From: Hyphochytrium catenoides
Taxonomy: Eukaryota > Protista > Hyphochytriomycota
Direction: 5' to 3'
NCBI GenBank assembly: GCA_900088475.1
Contig: FLMG01000154.1
Coordinates: 62,001 to 126,000 of the forward strand
Length of the DNA: 64,000 nt
Below, in pieces: positions 39,301 to 52,496 of the stretch; positions within the stretch are counted from its first letter, which is position 1, and every line of letters begins with the position of its first letter. The position numbers were made by a program, and so were the translations under genes. The notes under the pieces are model-generated. The model was not told the origin of the DNA, ran no database searches, and saw only the letters and a list, made by a program, of their open reading frames with translations.

Positions 39301-42300
39301 ATATTAGAAAGGACCGAGGTCATTTCTCCTACCTGACTCAGCAACCGGTTCTCCACTTTCAGCGTCAACCCATCCGATATACGGCTTGCCTGATGGGAGC
39401 TTTCCGTTTACATAGCGGATCAACCCACAGAGCCATGCTAACTCTAGGGCTCCTTCCAAAGAAAACTCGCCATAGCTCTCCATCTCCCACCGAGTGCGGC
39501 TATTTCCCCATGGACCGACTTCACCAAAGCCTGTGAAGACTACAACGCGCTCAAGGTCCACCATGCCTGGGAGAACACGGATAAAAGAAAAATTCAACAA
39601 AGTTTTAGCTTTCGTCAGTGTCAAGGGGATGACGGGTCTTTCCACATATCAAGAGCACTTGCTTTCGAAAGAAGTGACTGCATTCGAAAAAGCACAACCT
39701 AAGGGACCAGGAAGTTCGCAACTGACTTTAGCAACTGACTGAAGAGCGCAGCTCAAAGGCCTGGCAAGAGCTCGGCGGGACTGACGAAGATAAAGAGACT
39801 CAAGAGTGTGCAGGCAGGGCTCACCTTTAAGATGAGACAGCTGCTCACGCTTCCCCTTCGTGGGAAGATCAGGGAACTGAGCGCCGAGCCGCTTGGGGTT
39901 AGCACGCTTGGCCGCCGGTCCTGGAGTAGGCCTCTTGCTCGCTTTAGCCGCCAGCTGGCTTTGATGCACAGCTCTAGTGACAGCGGACTGCATAATTTGC
40001 AGGGGTTAGATGAAGTTTAACAAGAAGAGATCGCGAACATGGCTCTTGGAGCCTCTCACTAGGACCATAACGAACAGAAAGCACTCAACTGGATGGATAA
40101 AGGTCGAACTCAATATCCGTGTCTCTGCTCCCTCTGTCCTCTCATCCAATTCTCTCTTACCTTCGCCATCAGCTCTGCCCTGAGGTTGGTAGTCACCTCA
40201 TTTAAGTTGTGAACAGCGCCAAATCCACCGGTAAGGTCTGCCCAAAGTGGCTCTTCCTCTGCGAGAGCGACCATCCGTGGGTGTAGGAGAGATAGAAGGT
40301 TGAAAGCCATCTCTCCTTTGGAGAAGGTTCTCAAGCCCAGCTTCTCAACTCCTGGAGCTACAATGTTATTTCCCGCCATCAGCCCTGTACCCCGGGTCCA
40401 GCCTATAATAGCACCAGAGATAGACAAGAAGTCCGCCCAATCCTCGGAGTGCCAGCGGTTAAGAAGCGTCTCCAGCCCTAGTTTACTTTCAGGGTAGAGC
40501 CCATCGTTGCCGAAGATTCCGTGGTTAGGAGATAGAGGAAGAAGGCAAAGGGCAGGACGCGTGTAACTCTGCCTCTTTTGCTTCTCCTTCTTAACAGCAC
40601 CAAGAAGTCGCAAGAGGTTGGTCAGCATGACCCGATGGGAAGCCTCGCTTCTGCTATCAATGTCACCGATAGTCCTGCCAATCTCACTGATGGCTGCGAA
40701 CGGCACAACGAAATCTGCAGAAAGAGGAGAGAAAGGAGAAAGCATTAGAGACGAACGCGTTCTGACAGGAAAACCTATGGACAACAACAAATAAGGGTAG
40801 AGCAGTAGAGCAGTTGGGAAGGCTCCCCGCAGAGGCACCAAACACTTCAAAAGGTCCTACCAAGGTCTAGGCCCAGCTTCTCGTAGATGTGAGCCACCAG
40901 GCCCTCGACGTCCTGCACGCTAGCCTGGTTGAAGGGGAAGAGTGAAAGGCGGCTGCCTCTGCTGCCATGTGTCTCATAGATTGAGCGGAAGAAGTCAGAA
41001 GTTTTCTTGCTGAAACTGCTAGTAGTCGCAATGACGTGAGCTCCACCTGTGCAGATGGTTAGGTCCCCCGCAGCTCAAGATGAAATGAGGAGATAAAGTT
41101 GGATGGGGAAGTTGGCAGGCTGTCTTCCATTGAGTCAAACCGTAAAGAAACAGGAAAGAAGACACTCTGTACGAAGGAAGAAAGTGACAGTTGTGTGGGA
41201 GTGACATGGAGAGCACAACAAAGGAACTCACCTTCCAGCAGCGCTTTCACAATCTCGGCACCTATGGAATCACGCCCGCAGCCTGTCACCAGCGCCACCT
41301 TACCCTCAAAGGTCACCCCAGCACTCGCAACGTCCCGCATACATAGCAGGAGCTGCCGGGTCAATGCCTCATCATAGAGCCGCAACGTAGGATCAGCGGT
41401 AGATGGCTTTCTGATGTGAACGAAGGGCACCTGGAGAGCGGACAGCGCGGCGTTTACAGAAGAAGAGGTGCCAGGAAGGGGAGTCTTCTTCCTCCGCAGA
41501 GTCTCTCTCAGGGCCTCAAGCTTGGGGCCTGATCGAGGGAACTCCCCTTCCTTTTCCTTGACTGGCCTTGGAGGCGAAACAGTCTTTTTCTCTCCGTCTG
41601 CCTCTTCCTCGCTTTCATCAGGCGACGCAGTATCTTCATCAAGATTGAAGGACGAAGTTTCTAGGCCTCTAACGTTGGCAGAACCCACTGCATCTTCGGG
41701 CAGTGGATGAATGCCTCCATCCTGGTCTACAGAATAAAAGGAAAAAGTGAGGGAGGGTAAGGCAATAGGTGCAGAAAGAGAAAAGCTATGGCGTCTGAGA
41801 ATAAAGGGAAGCGGTGAGCTGGAAAAGATTACACCTGTGACTAGCGCGGAAAGCGAGATGTTAGGCTTCTAACCTGAGATATCCAGTCCCCTTCCCATCT
41901 CACTAACATAGTCAAAAGCGTCAGCAACGCCCGCCCTTGGTCTCTCCTCAAAGTGCAACGTGCCGTCATCCTTCACCTCCACATGCGGCTCTGCAGGTGT
42001 TAACATCTGGATGTGGACTGGAGGCTTGGCTAGCCATTGCGATACCTCCTCAGTGAGCAGATCGATCGCTGCAAAGAAAGAAAGAGTGGCGTGGAAGTGA
42101 AGTTAGTCATTCTGACAGGTATGAGCGGAAGCAATGAGAGAAAAACTGAGAGCAAAGACTTCATGAATTGTCTAAGCACTCTTTCCCTGCTCACCTTGAG
42201 CTAACTCGTCTGCGCCCAAATCCCTTGCCTTCTTTGCATAGTACTGCGAAGCTTGGAGGAGTTCAGGTGTGGATCTGTTGCAGAGGAAAGGCTTGAACCA

Positions 42301-45300
42301 GGCCTGAGGCGTGGCCTCTTTGCCACTCTTCAAAGTCTCAATGGAGGCATTGATCCACGAGGCCATAGCGGATTTGTGGCTGTCTCTATCAAAGCCTTCG
42401 CCCTGTGTCTTCAAGGCCTCTCTTCCAGCATAGTCTCCGCCTTCCATTCCGCCTGCAGCAGCAATCGACACTGCTTGGTGGAGCTCTAGGGCGTCCTGCA
42501 TGACCCAATTCCAGTAGCTGTCATAGGATCGCACCTTGCGAGGGTTGAACATTGGTTGGATGCAACTCTCGTAGAACTCACCGTGCTCAGCCACCCAAAT
42601 GGCGACGCGACGGTCAAGCTCTTGACGTAGAGACTCCTGCAGATGAAGAGCGAAGCAGAAAAACTCCTTCAGAGAGCTTGACAAAGGCCGCCTGTTTTGC
42701 CTATTGCTTACCTCGCTTTCTAGTTTCTTGTCACTAGCTCTTGGGTCCGCCTTCAGAAAATGCTGGATAGCCTCCAGCTGTCCAGCGAAAAGGCTCTTGA
42801 GACTCTTTTCCAACGCAGGATTTGAAGCTGCGCTCGTGAACAACAGAATAGAACAGAGAGAAACGCGTGGTGAGGAGCAATGGACGCTAGTACTCAGGGC
42901 TATGGCAGACGACTTATAACGAGGAGGAGTGAAGCAAGAACTTTAGGTGCGCTCACCTTCTCCCATCATCATAGGCATAAAACTGGCTTGAGGTCCAGAC
43001 GCTGCCGCCGATCCCCCCTTGCCAATGGCAAGGCCGACAAACGATCCATAGCTAGCTACAACGTCGTCGAGCCACTTCTTAGCCTCCCCTTCGGTCTTAA
43101 GTCTGCTCTCGGGTTCAGAAAGGAGAGAGTGTAGAAGTATGCCTTCCGTCCTCTGCGGACCGAGGGAGAAGGAAGCAGACAGATAGTTCTTCACTTGAGA
43201 AAGTCCGAAGCCTCCGGGCATCTTGGCTGCTATCGCCTTGTTAACTAGGGCAGTAGTGATCTTTCCAAGCCCTTTATAAGAAGAGAAACCCGCCGCCAAC
43301 GCAGAGAGAGGAAGCTCCTCGCCCCCAGCTGGTGGGGCGACAGCAAACTCCTTTTCTAGGTCGCCCACCACCTCGTTTTGCACAGCACTCTTTCCTGCTG
43401 CCAGACCCTTTATGGTAGCGGTATCAGGGATGTCATTTAAAGGCTTCTTGAGCTTGACTGCCAACATGACTCGAAGTGCATGAAGCGGCTGGACTGGTGC
43501 TTCGGCAACAGGAGCCGGTGGTGCCGATGAATGCGACCCTCCTGCAACCACAACGATATCAAAACGGCGATTAGTCCATTGAGCACGAGAGGGACAAGCA
43601 CCACTGAAGCTGTGGATAGGCCAACAGACATTGAAGGTCTCCTCTTTCCTAAATTGACAAGCTCTATATCTACTCTCCCTCTTTGGTCTTCCTCCATCCT
43701 TTTGTCTGGAAGAGATTGTGGCTTCCCTACCGCTTCCTTCATGCCATCAAACATTACGCCATAGCATACCTTGGTTCATCATCATCATCATATTCATGCC
43801 AAGCGCTTGGTTCATGTCTCCTCCTTTAGGAATTGTGAGGCCCAGGTCCGCAGCATAAGAATCAACCACCTTGTCCAACCAAGACGTTGCCTCGGTCTGT
43901 GACGAAAGGCGAGCGTCTGGTGCGTAGAGAAGAGAGTGGAGCAGGACTCCTTCTGTTCTGCCCGCTGTGGAGCAGGTAAGGAAGACGGCAAGCGCCGTAA
44001 GAGAGCAGCATGAAGTCAGCAGAGCACGGGATCAAGAATAGATAGAGACGAGCTCTCCCTAAATAGCACAGAGAGAACAAGCAGGTGTATATGCATCTGC
44101 ATTTACCTCCTAACCTCCTTTCTTCTCTTAGGTATTTTCTCACGCTAGAGGCAGAGAATCCACCTGGCATCTTGCTTGCCAAGAGCTTGGAAATGAGGGA
44201 TGAGGAGGTCTTCCCTAAAGTCTTGTAGGCCGGGAACTTTTCCGCTAACTGGGAGAGAGAGAGCTCTGCTGCACCGTCGGGAAGTGAGCCAAACTCTTTC
44301 TCAAAGTCTCCCACCACCTCATTCTGCAGAGCTGACTTGCCTACAGAGCCAGAAAGGTTTACTAGTCAGTTAATCGAATAGAGTACACTGTTAAAGGATA
44401 TGAAGGGAGTAGGTAAGCAGATTAGAGGCCAAGATACAGAAGACTGATGCCCCCGTTGGACGAAGCAGCAGCTCTGACCTACCTGCTGCAAGAGTTTTGA
44501 TGTTAGTCTCATCCTTCATCTCACTCAATGGCTTCTTGAACTTGCTGGCCAAGAGCACTCTGATCACTTCCTTGGCGGTTACCGGTGCGTCAGACACTAC
44601 GCCAGCAGAAGGTGGAGAGGAGGCCACGGGAAGAGAAATCTGAGGCAAGACAGCGGGTGTGGGCACATCCTGGGGAGAGGATGCATTCTTTTCTTTCTCA
44701 GCATCCTTTTCCTGGCCTGCAGCCTGCTCTCCGAAAAGAGATGACGCGTAAACGCCAGCGTCTGGGCCATTGTCCTCAAGCTGATAGAATAGAGTATCTC
44801 TGTCTCTCTGAAGCCATTCCACATCCACATGGCGGCGACCGAACTCCCCGCTCTGAAGAGTGCGCTGGGCCATATTCGTTAAGGTTGGCGCAGGACCCAC
44901 CTCCACGAACCTAAAACCACAGGGGGTCAGCGGAAAGAAAAGCTGATGAGTGGCTCAAGAGAATTAAGGGGGAACCGCACTATGCACCCTACCTGCTGAC
45001 TCCATTGTCAAAAAAGAGAGCTTGTGTCTTTATCCACTGGACGGGACTTGCAAACTGGTAAGCCAACAGTTCTACAAGGAGCGTCTGAGCGAGCTCAGGT
45101 CGGCCAATTGAGGTCCATCGTTGCAGCAAAGAGTTAAGGATAGGACTCTTCGTGTAGTCAGCCACATGCTGGATGTAACTCTTCTCCAGGGAGAAGGGGC
45201 GGGCGACGAGGTTGGGGATGTAACGGTTCAGAAGCACTGGAAGCTTCTTTTCAATGCTTTCAGCATCCAGCTATAGTAGAAAGATGAGAGACGAGAAGTA

Positions 45301-48300
45301 AGTGGCGCGAATTATGTCTCAAGCAGAAGGACAAGGGGCACGTCTTTCTTACCTTTGGAGCTAGAAGCTTTCTAAAGGCCGGGACTCCGGCGAGAAGCTG
45401 CCGAGAGTGGAAAGGAACGTCTATTCCTGGAAGGGGGATGGTAGCAGATCCTCGAGTGAGCGAGACCTTCTCCTTCTTCGCGTCTGCTGCCTTTTTCTTC
45501 TCTCCCGCAGCCTCCAGCGCTTCTTTAACCAACTCAGCGAGAGGAGGAGGGTTCTTCCCCTTCAGCCGTGTACAGCACAGTGAAAGAGCCTCCAAGTTGC
45601 CCAGTTCTCCGGCAACGACGTATTGTTTGTCCTTGACGTTGTAATTGACCACCTGTAACAGCTCTCCGGATGCCTGGGCGAGCGCGTCCACCAGCTCATG
45701 TAACGAAGAGTCCGTAAACGCTGGGCCCACCCGAGACGGGTTGACAGCTACCATGGCAAAGTCCGACCGACCTTCAGAGTCTCTTTGAACAGCATTTTGC
45801 ATGATGAGGCCGCGCAGAAAGACGGTCTCCACAAGGTCGGGGATGGACAAAGCATCAGCCACCGCTGTAAGGGCCGCGTACTCGCCGAGTGAGTGGCCAG
45901 CGAAGAGATAGTCCGAGGGTATTAATCCTGGAACAAGGGCTTTGTTAGATTGATGACAGACCGACAGGAAAGGAATAGGAGGAAGGGCTCAAGCAGAAGA
46001 ATAGGGAGGTACCTTCTGCCTTTAGCTCCGCAAAGGCTGCTTTCTCTACAAGGACCAGCGCAGGCTGGCTGAACTGTGTGGCAAACAACAGACCCGTCGG
46101 CGAGTTAAAAGTGAAACTCCTTGTCCTCTCCGTAATATCGGGAAAGAGAGGTACACTTTGTCCTTCAGCATTCTCGGTCTGCAGTCGCATATAGTTCTCC
46201 CGGATCTTCTTTCCCTTTTTTCCTCCAAAGTGAATGGTGAGACTTTTAGGGTTGCGTCTGACAATGTCAAGAATAGAGAAGCCAAAGGAAGTGAGAAGGT
46301 GGGCATTTCCCTCATCCCAGATTGCCTTGGCAACTTTCGACCGGCTATACGTGTCCATTCCCATTCCCACTTCGGCACTCCCCTGACCGGTGAAAACGAA
46401 TGCAGTCTTGGGTTGCTCCACCTACAGGTCATGGGTGTAACAGGCGAAGTTAGGCATTAAAGGATAGCACAAGACTCAGGGGAGGCAATAGATCATCCAA
46501 GTTACCTCAGCCTTTGCACTTAGGACTCGTGATCCTGTGTCCCCGTTGACAACCTCCACCTTGATGACCTTCCTGCCCTTGTTCATTCCTGAATGCCTTA
46601 GCTGTACGAAAAGCTGGGAGGAAAGAGGGACCATTCCTTCAAAAAGAACGGAGTAGCTGCAGAGCTGATCCTCTTGTCCCTCACAGACGTTATCCACAAG
46701 TACCTGCAGCAGAAGGGCGGGGTCAGATGACTGGGAGGGACTATAGTGGCACTTTATTTTCTCCATCTTTTAAGTTCTCACACACCTTTCTCGCTGCTGC
46801 GGCCGTCCACATGCCATGCATGATGGGCTCGTTATCAGGCAAGCCAGCAGCCGCGGCCACATAGCTGTTTCTGTGTATGGGGTTTGTGTCTCGAGAGGCA
46901 AGAGAGTAAGCAACAGAAGAGGAAGGCACCCGGATCAGGAGAGGGGTCTTCAAGATATTATAGCCTCCTCCTTCTAGCAGCTGCTCTTGGGCTGAAACTC
47001 CATAGGCAGTGAGAAAGTCGACAACAGGGTTAGAAGGCAAGGAGCCCTCAGCCTTTAGGGAGACACAGCCAACCTATAAGTACAAGCGCAATGTGAGACT
47101 TAAGCGCTTAAGCAAATGAGCACTTTCCAAGAGACAAATGAACATAAGATAAGCAGCGTTCTATGTAGAGGCATCGAAGACACAAGACAACAACTAGATA
47201 GATAGTGTACAGGAAACACTGCGTAAATCCACAATTGCACCTCGCCCGAAGCACTAGCAATCCTGACCGACCTGCTCCCACACTGAAGAGCCACTTTCAC
47301 CGCTGATGACGAAGACATCCCCAGACACCTGAAGCTGGCTAATGACAGTGGAAGACTGGAAGCGAGAAAAGCTAGTAACTTCAAAGCGCAGAGTGTCGCC
47401 GACGTGGACGGACGCCAGGCCTTGTCCTTCCCCTTCCTTCAGCCAATCTTTGCTCCTCAAGATCTCAAGAATTGTCTCATCCTTCACGGCAAGGGTGAAA
47501 ACAGAGGAGGACGAAGAAAAAGTATTCTGATAGTCCTTGTAGTCTCCTCGGATGAGAAACTTGGCAGTGACCTCGACAAAGGGCGTAGGCTGAGATTGCT
47601 TATTCTGGCCCTCGACGACAACGACCTGTTGGAGAAGTAGGACATGCAGAATCAGTATTTGTCTTTGCACGTCAAGATGCTGTCAAAGAGGCTTTCCCAC
47701 TTAGGATTTCCTGCATCTCTCTTGCCTGTCGAGGTTTCTAGAAGAGCTGATGATGGTACTTACGTCTTCCTCGTCTGAACAGGCTTGCGTTGCTGCGACC
47801 CGCGAGAGAGTGGCCACAGCTGTCACCTCCTTGCCTCCGGGCAGATTGAGCAGAGATTGAACCCGGCATTCCGTTTTCAACATGTCACCAGGACGCAACG
47901 GCTTGCGTTCTTTCTTGGACTCCCCGAGGAGCTTGTAGCTCTGTGGATTGAAGACATTGATAAATTAGACATTAATGGCCAAAGTTTCTCATAAAAACTC
48001 CTCCAGTTACCTGTGATAGATGAACCAGGTTGAGCAGATTTCCCTGAATTTCCTGGGCGAAGAGAGCCTTCATAAGGGGCTGCCAGGCCGCAATAGTAGT
48101 GAAGTCCAGCGGCGCATGTTTCAAGGAAAGTGGGTTGCCAATGGCTGCGTTGTATTCCTGAACCTCTTTCAAACAGACCGAAAACTGGGAACTGAAGGTC
48201 TCGTGAACGCTAATATGAGGCAAGCGCGACGAAAGGGACGCCGCAGGAGCAGACCGCTCAAGAAGCCAGTAGCGGCTATAGAAGGCCTTCACTTCGGATA

Positions 48301-51300
48301 TGAGGTCTACGGAGAAAGAAACAGACCCCGAAGGAGGGAGGGAAGAATAAAAGAAGGGATTAGTTGACTTTCCGAGGAGCATAATGCTAGCTTATGTGCC
48401 TTACCGTCCTCCTGCGCAAAGACCAATCCAGTGCATAGAGGGTTGTACAGGTAAGTGTAGGTCAGAGAATTCTCTTGTTCCTGACCCTTCTCCTGAGGAA
48501 CGTAGTCGTAAACCTGGATGCGCACTCTGTTCTGGTCTGGCCCTAGGATCCGCACCCAAGTCTTAGCGCTATCTCCATCTTTCTCCTTGACAACGAGTGC
48601 TAAAGGTACTCCACTTTGATCAAAAGAGATAGAGACTTCCTGTCCTGGGCGAGGATGCAGAAGCTTGGGAACCACACTCTCTACCCACTGCTTGGTGGTT
48701 GTGTCAACGACTTCCCGAGCTAGAAGAAGACATTGGAGCCATGAAGAGGACTCGGCAGCAAGAAGAGAAATCCATTCAGAGGCTGTCGGCTGGCGTGTGG
48801 CCTCTTCTCCAACTGCTCCCCTCTTGATGGTCTTTAGGGTTACACTACCATCAGCACTAGTGTGAACCTTCACCTCAGCTGCAGAGGTGTCTGTTGCTCC
48901 TTCCACCGGAATGGAGTAGACTTTCAAAGACTTCACTTTGGGAACCGCTTTCTCTTGTTGACTGCCTCCCTGTTGCATGAGGTGCTGGACAAAACCTTTG
49001 TTTATGTTCCCCAGTATCTCACACACAGGCTCATCAACCTTTTGACTATAATGAACAGCCACCGGCCCTTGAAGGATACATACACGATCAGGATCTGCCT
49101 CTGGAGCGCCGTCCAAGTCCTCTGAGAACCAGAGAGAGTCTCTCTTAAACCAGTACTCGAGCTCTCCGTCGACGACAGGAATGAAGTTGACAGGCTTTCC
49201 TCCAATCCTGCAGACGAGAAGGAAATGATCCACATCTTCCTGACAGAGCAGAACTCGAGATGCGTCAGGATACTTTTCCTTGAAAACCGCAAGGAAGTCC
49301 AAAGGCTGGCGATGGATAAGGTTGAGAATCTCTCCATCTGAGGATGGGGAGACTGAGAAGCGCTCAATATATCGCGTGGCGAAGGTCAGGACACGGGACT
49401 TGAAGGTAGGGTCCAGCCATCGGGCGGGTTTAAGTTCTCCCGTGGATGTCCGCTTCTCTTTAACAAAGAATATCTCAACGAGACGCGCAAGAACTTCGTA
49501 GTAGGACATTTCCATGAGATCTGCCACTCGACCGTCCTCTTTTTTCCCGAAAAAGGGCTTCTGGAAGTCGGCGTTTAGCCGTCTGATGATTTCTTCCTTC
49601 TCTCTTTGGACCACTTTCCCTCGTTCGACTAGAGGAATGCTGAAGTAGTTCTTGTCGAAGTCTCTCCAGCAGTGCATACCCCGATTAGCAACCTAGACAT
49701 TGATGGTGGAGGAGAAAAGTCAATGTAGCGAACAAATCAATGTGTGTCACTATCTAGACGGACAAAGCAAGTCAGGCACTTGCAGCAGCTAAAAAACAGA
49801 GCCAGCACAGCGTGGAGGACCACTAACGACAACATAATAGCAAGAGTGGAGTCTTGCGGGAAATTGAGCATAAGCAACGAAAGGGCAAAGGCTAGAAGAA
49901 CCGCAAGCTACCTTATGAATTGGCTCTCCAAGCTCAGATCGGATGGTTATCACGCCACCAGCATGCTCTTCATAACTCTTCTCCCACTCTTTCTCGTCTG
50001 CTACTCCCGGTGTCCGCACCAGCATTTCTTTCACCTCCCTGGCAGTTGATGCTTCTTTAGCTACCATCACTCTGCTTCCTACAAGAATAGCATCACATGG
50101 CATCTTAGGGAAGCCAAGCTCGACAGACCAGTCTCCGGTGAGGTACGGGACGCTGTGTTCTGCGTCTCCAAAACCAGAGCCAACGACAAGAACGACGTTT
50201 CTCTCTCTTCTTATGGCGCCGTATGTAGAGAGCAGAGGTTGATGGAAATCTTCGAAGGAATGATGGCCTCCTCCTCTCCCGCCTGTCCACTGCAGGAAAA
50301 TCGTCATAGCAGGATTCTCTCTTGCGATCTCAAGAACAGAAAGGATTGCGGAGGAAGAGCCTGGTTTGAATGCAACTTTGAATATCCCTACGCTCTGCAA
50401 CTCTGCGAGCATTTCAGCAGCCTTTTCGGGCGTTGGAATCCCAGCAGCAATTGTCACGCTCTCAATAGGGGTACCTGCATAATCAAAGACGTATTACATT
50501 GTCAAAATAGTCACAAGTCTTCATGGAAAAGGTGGATATAGCAACCAGTCGGTCCTGGAAAGATGCCTTATGATCAGAGCTAGTTATCGGGGCAGGATTC
50601 TCTCTCACCTTCACTCTTCATTTTTAGCAGCAGAGGCCACTGGAACCCCATTAGGTAAGGATTAATGTAGATCATATTGAGATTGATGCCAAGTCCAGCA
50701 GCTTGCTTGTCTTGCAGCTCCTTCAGCTTCTGAGTGAAAAAGTCAGGAACTGCCAGCCCTCCACAGGCTAGTTCCCCATGGAAGCCTCCGTTACCGGCGG
50801 CAGCGATAAGATCGACTCCATTATAACTTGTGGTTGGAGTCATGCCCGCAATCATGATTGGGGCCTTGCCAAAGCTCTGACTGAACTTGGTTGAGACCTG
50901 CAAGTGACCATTGACGGAGACAAGCTGGGGGGAAAACTCTTTCTCCCAGTTGAGCTCAAAAAGGTCCTCTGGATGACTCTCTTTGGACAACAGAAGAGAG
51001 AGAGGAAAGACTCTAGATTTACGATTCGCTCTGCCATTCAGGGTGCTGAGGATGATGCGGACCCCTGTTCCTTCGGTAAGACGTGCACTGCAGATTAAGG
51101 ATCAGCAAACCACGTCAGACTTCTCACCATGCGAAGGGCTAAAGAACTAGGCATTCTAAACCTAAAAGAGCTTCAAAGAGACGGAAGTACCAAAAATAAC
51201 GATGAAGGGTGGTTATGAGGGGTTGTCACCTTAGAGTTGCAGCCCCATTTGCGGGACCAAAATCGAGGATGTGACTAGGTAGAGCCTTCTCCCGCACAGC

Positions 51301-52496
51301 CTGCAGAGTTGCCAACCAATTGACCGGCTTAGCATTTTGGATGGCCACGAGATGGCCGACGGCTTCTGTTGGAGTCAGAACTGCACCATCTGAGCAAGAA
51401 AAGACGGGAAAGTGGAAGTCCCTGATGGTGAACCCAACAGCTTGCGCATCCTTTACGATAGCGGGGACGGCGGCTTCTGCTAAACGGGAGTGGAATGGAA
51501 CCGACGAGCGAATGAACACAGTGGTTATGTCAGGTTTGCGCAAAGTAAATGGGATTCTGGTTTGGTCCTTCCCGGGCTCTGCTCTGATTGAGTTCAGGTA
51601 TGACTTGAGAGACAGCAGGTGCTCAGGGTGACCACAAACCACCATAGACGTCCTCCCATTGACAAGTCCAATTTCAAGCTGACTCTCAGCCGTTAGTCCT
51701 AACTTCTTGTTCGTCACGCGAAGAATCTCTGTCACCTTGGCTTGTTGTAAGCCCAAAATCGCCATCATGGGGGTCGCTACCTCCCCATTCAGCTCCTGGA
51801 TGGAGGGAACGGCAGCTAGTTGCTGCATACGGAGGCCGTTCCAAAAGAGATAGCGGATGAGGAGAGGGCTTCTCTGGATAAGTTCTGCAGTTGAACTGCA
51901 GGACGATAGAAAAGCGGCGGTAGCGATTCCTTGACTGTGCCCAGTAGCACCCTTCACGTAATTCAGCATGTCCTCATGGGCCATACCGAAAGAGGAAAGC
52001 ACGTACAGGTAATTGGCAAGTTGCGTGAGTCCGATAAGAGGATAGCTTACGTGGGCTTGAATTAGATAGTCCTCACTTGGGCTTATCTCTGGGTTAGAGA
52101 GCCAGCTCAGAAGGTCAAATCCATTGTCCAAGTGCAAGCCCGACGCCTGCGCCTCGTCAGAGTCCACCTCCTCCAGCAGAGCCCGGCTACAGGCCCTGAT
52201 GACCTCCCCAAGAACTTCCTCCTGCTCCGTAAACAGCTTGCGGAGCTCTTCTAAACACTCAGCGCCTTGCCCGCCGAACTGAAGGAAGAAAGATGCCTTG
52301 TCATCCCGAGCCAGGCGGACAAGAATGGGTTGCGTTACTGGTTCCGCGGGCATCTCGGCAATCTCATTAAGCTCAGGCACTTCTATGGAGAGCGAGAAAG
52401 TAAGAATCTATAGTAGAACTTTCACGAGCTCGTAAGAAAATCCTCGTTACCTTTCACAAGTTCCATTGCCTGTGATTCGCGAACTGCAGGAGCCAT
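36320..52496 (-). CDS. FAS: Single-chain fungal-type (FAS1+FAS2 fused) type I fatty acid synthase: AT-ER-DH-MPT-ACP-ACP-KR-KS-PPT; more than 20 exons
   Basis: AT: FGGQG, GHSQG, VPFHS. ER: [23 protein letters not shown]: DTNPIH..IMHGMW. MPT: [31 protein letters not shown]. Two ACPs: GKSALQNE and [10 protein letters not shown]: [26 protein letters not shown]: [27 protein letters not shown]: [19 protein letters not shown] 52496 splices in phase to the 52382 exon. Confidence 0.97.

Noticed and set aside
36359-51631. Numerous plus-strand ORFs overlapping FAS (and similar antisense ORFs over sAC, MCD and RRP6)
   Set aside because: They are antisense shadows of coding exons with no independent motifs.
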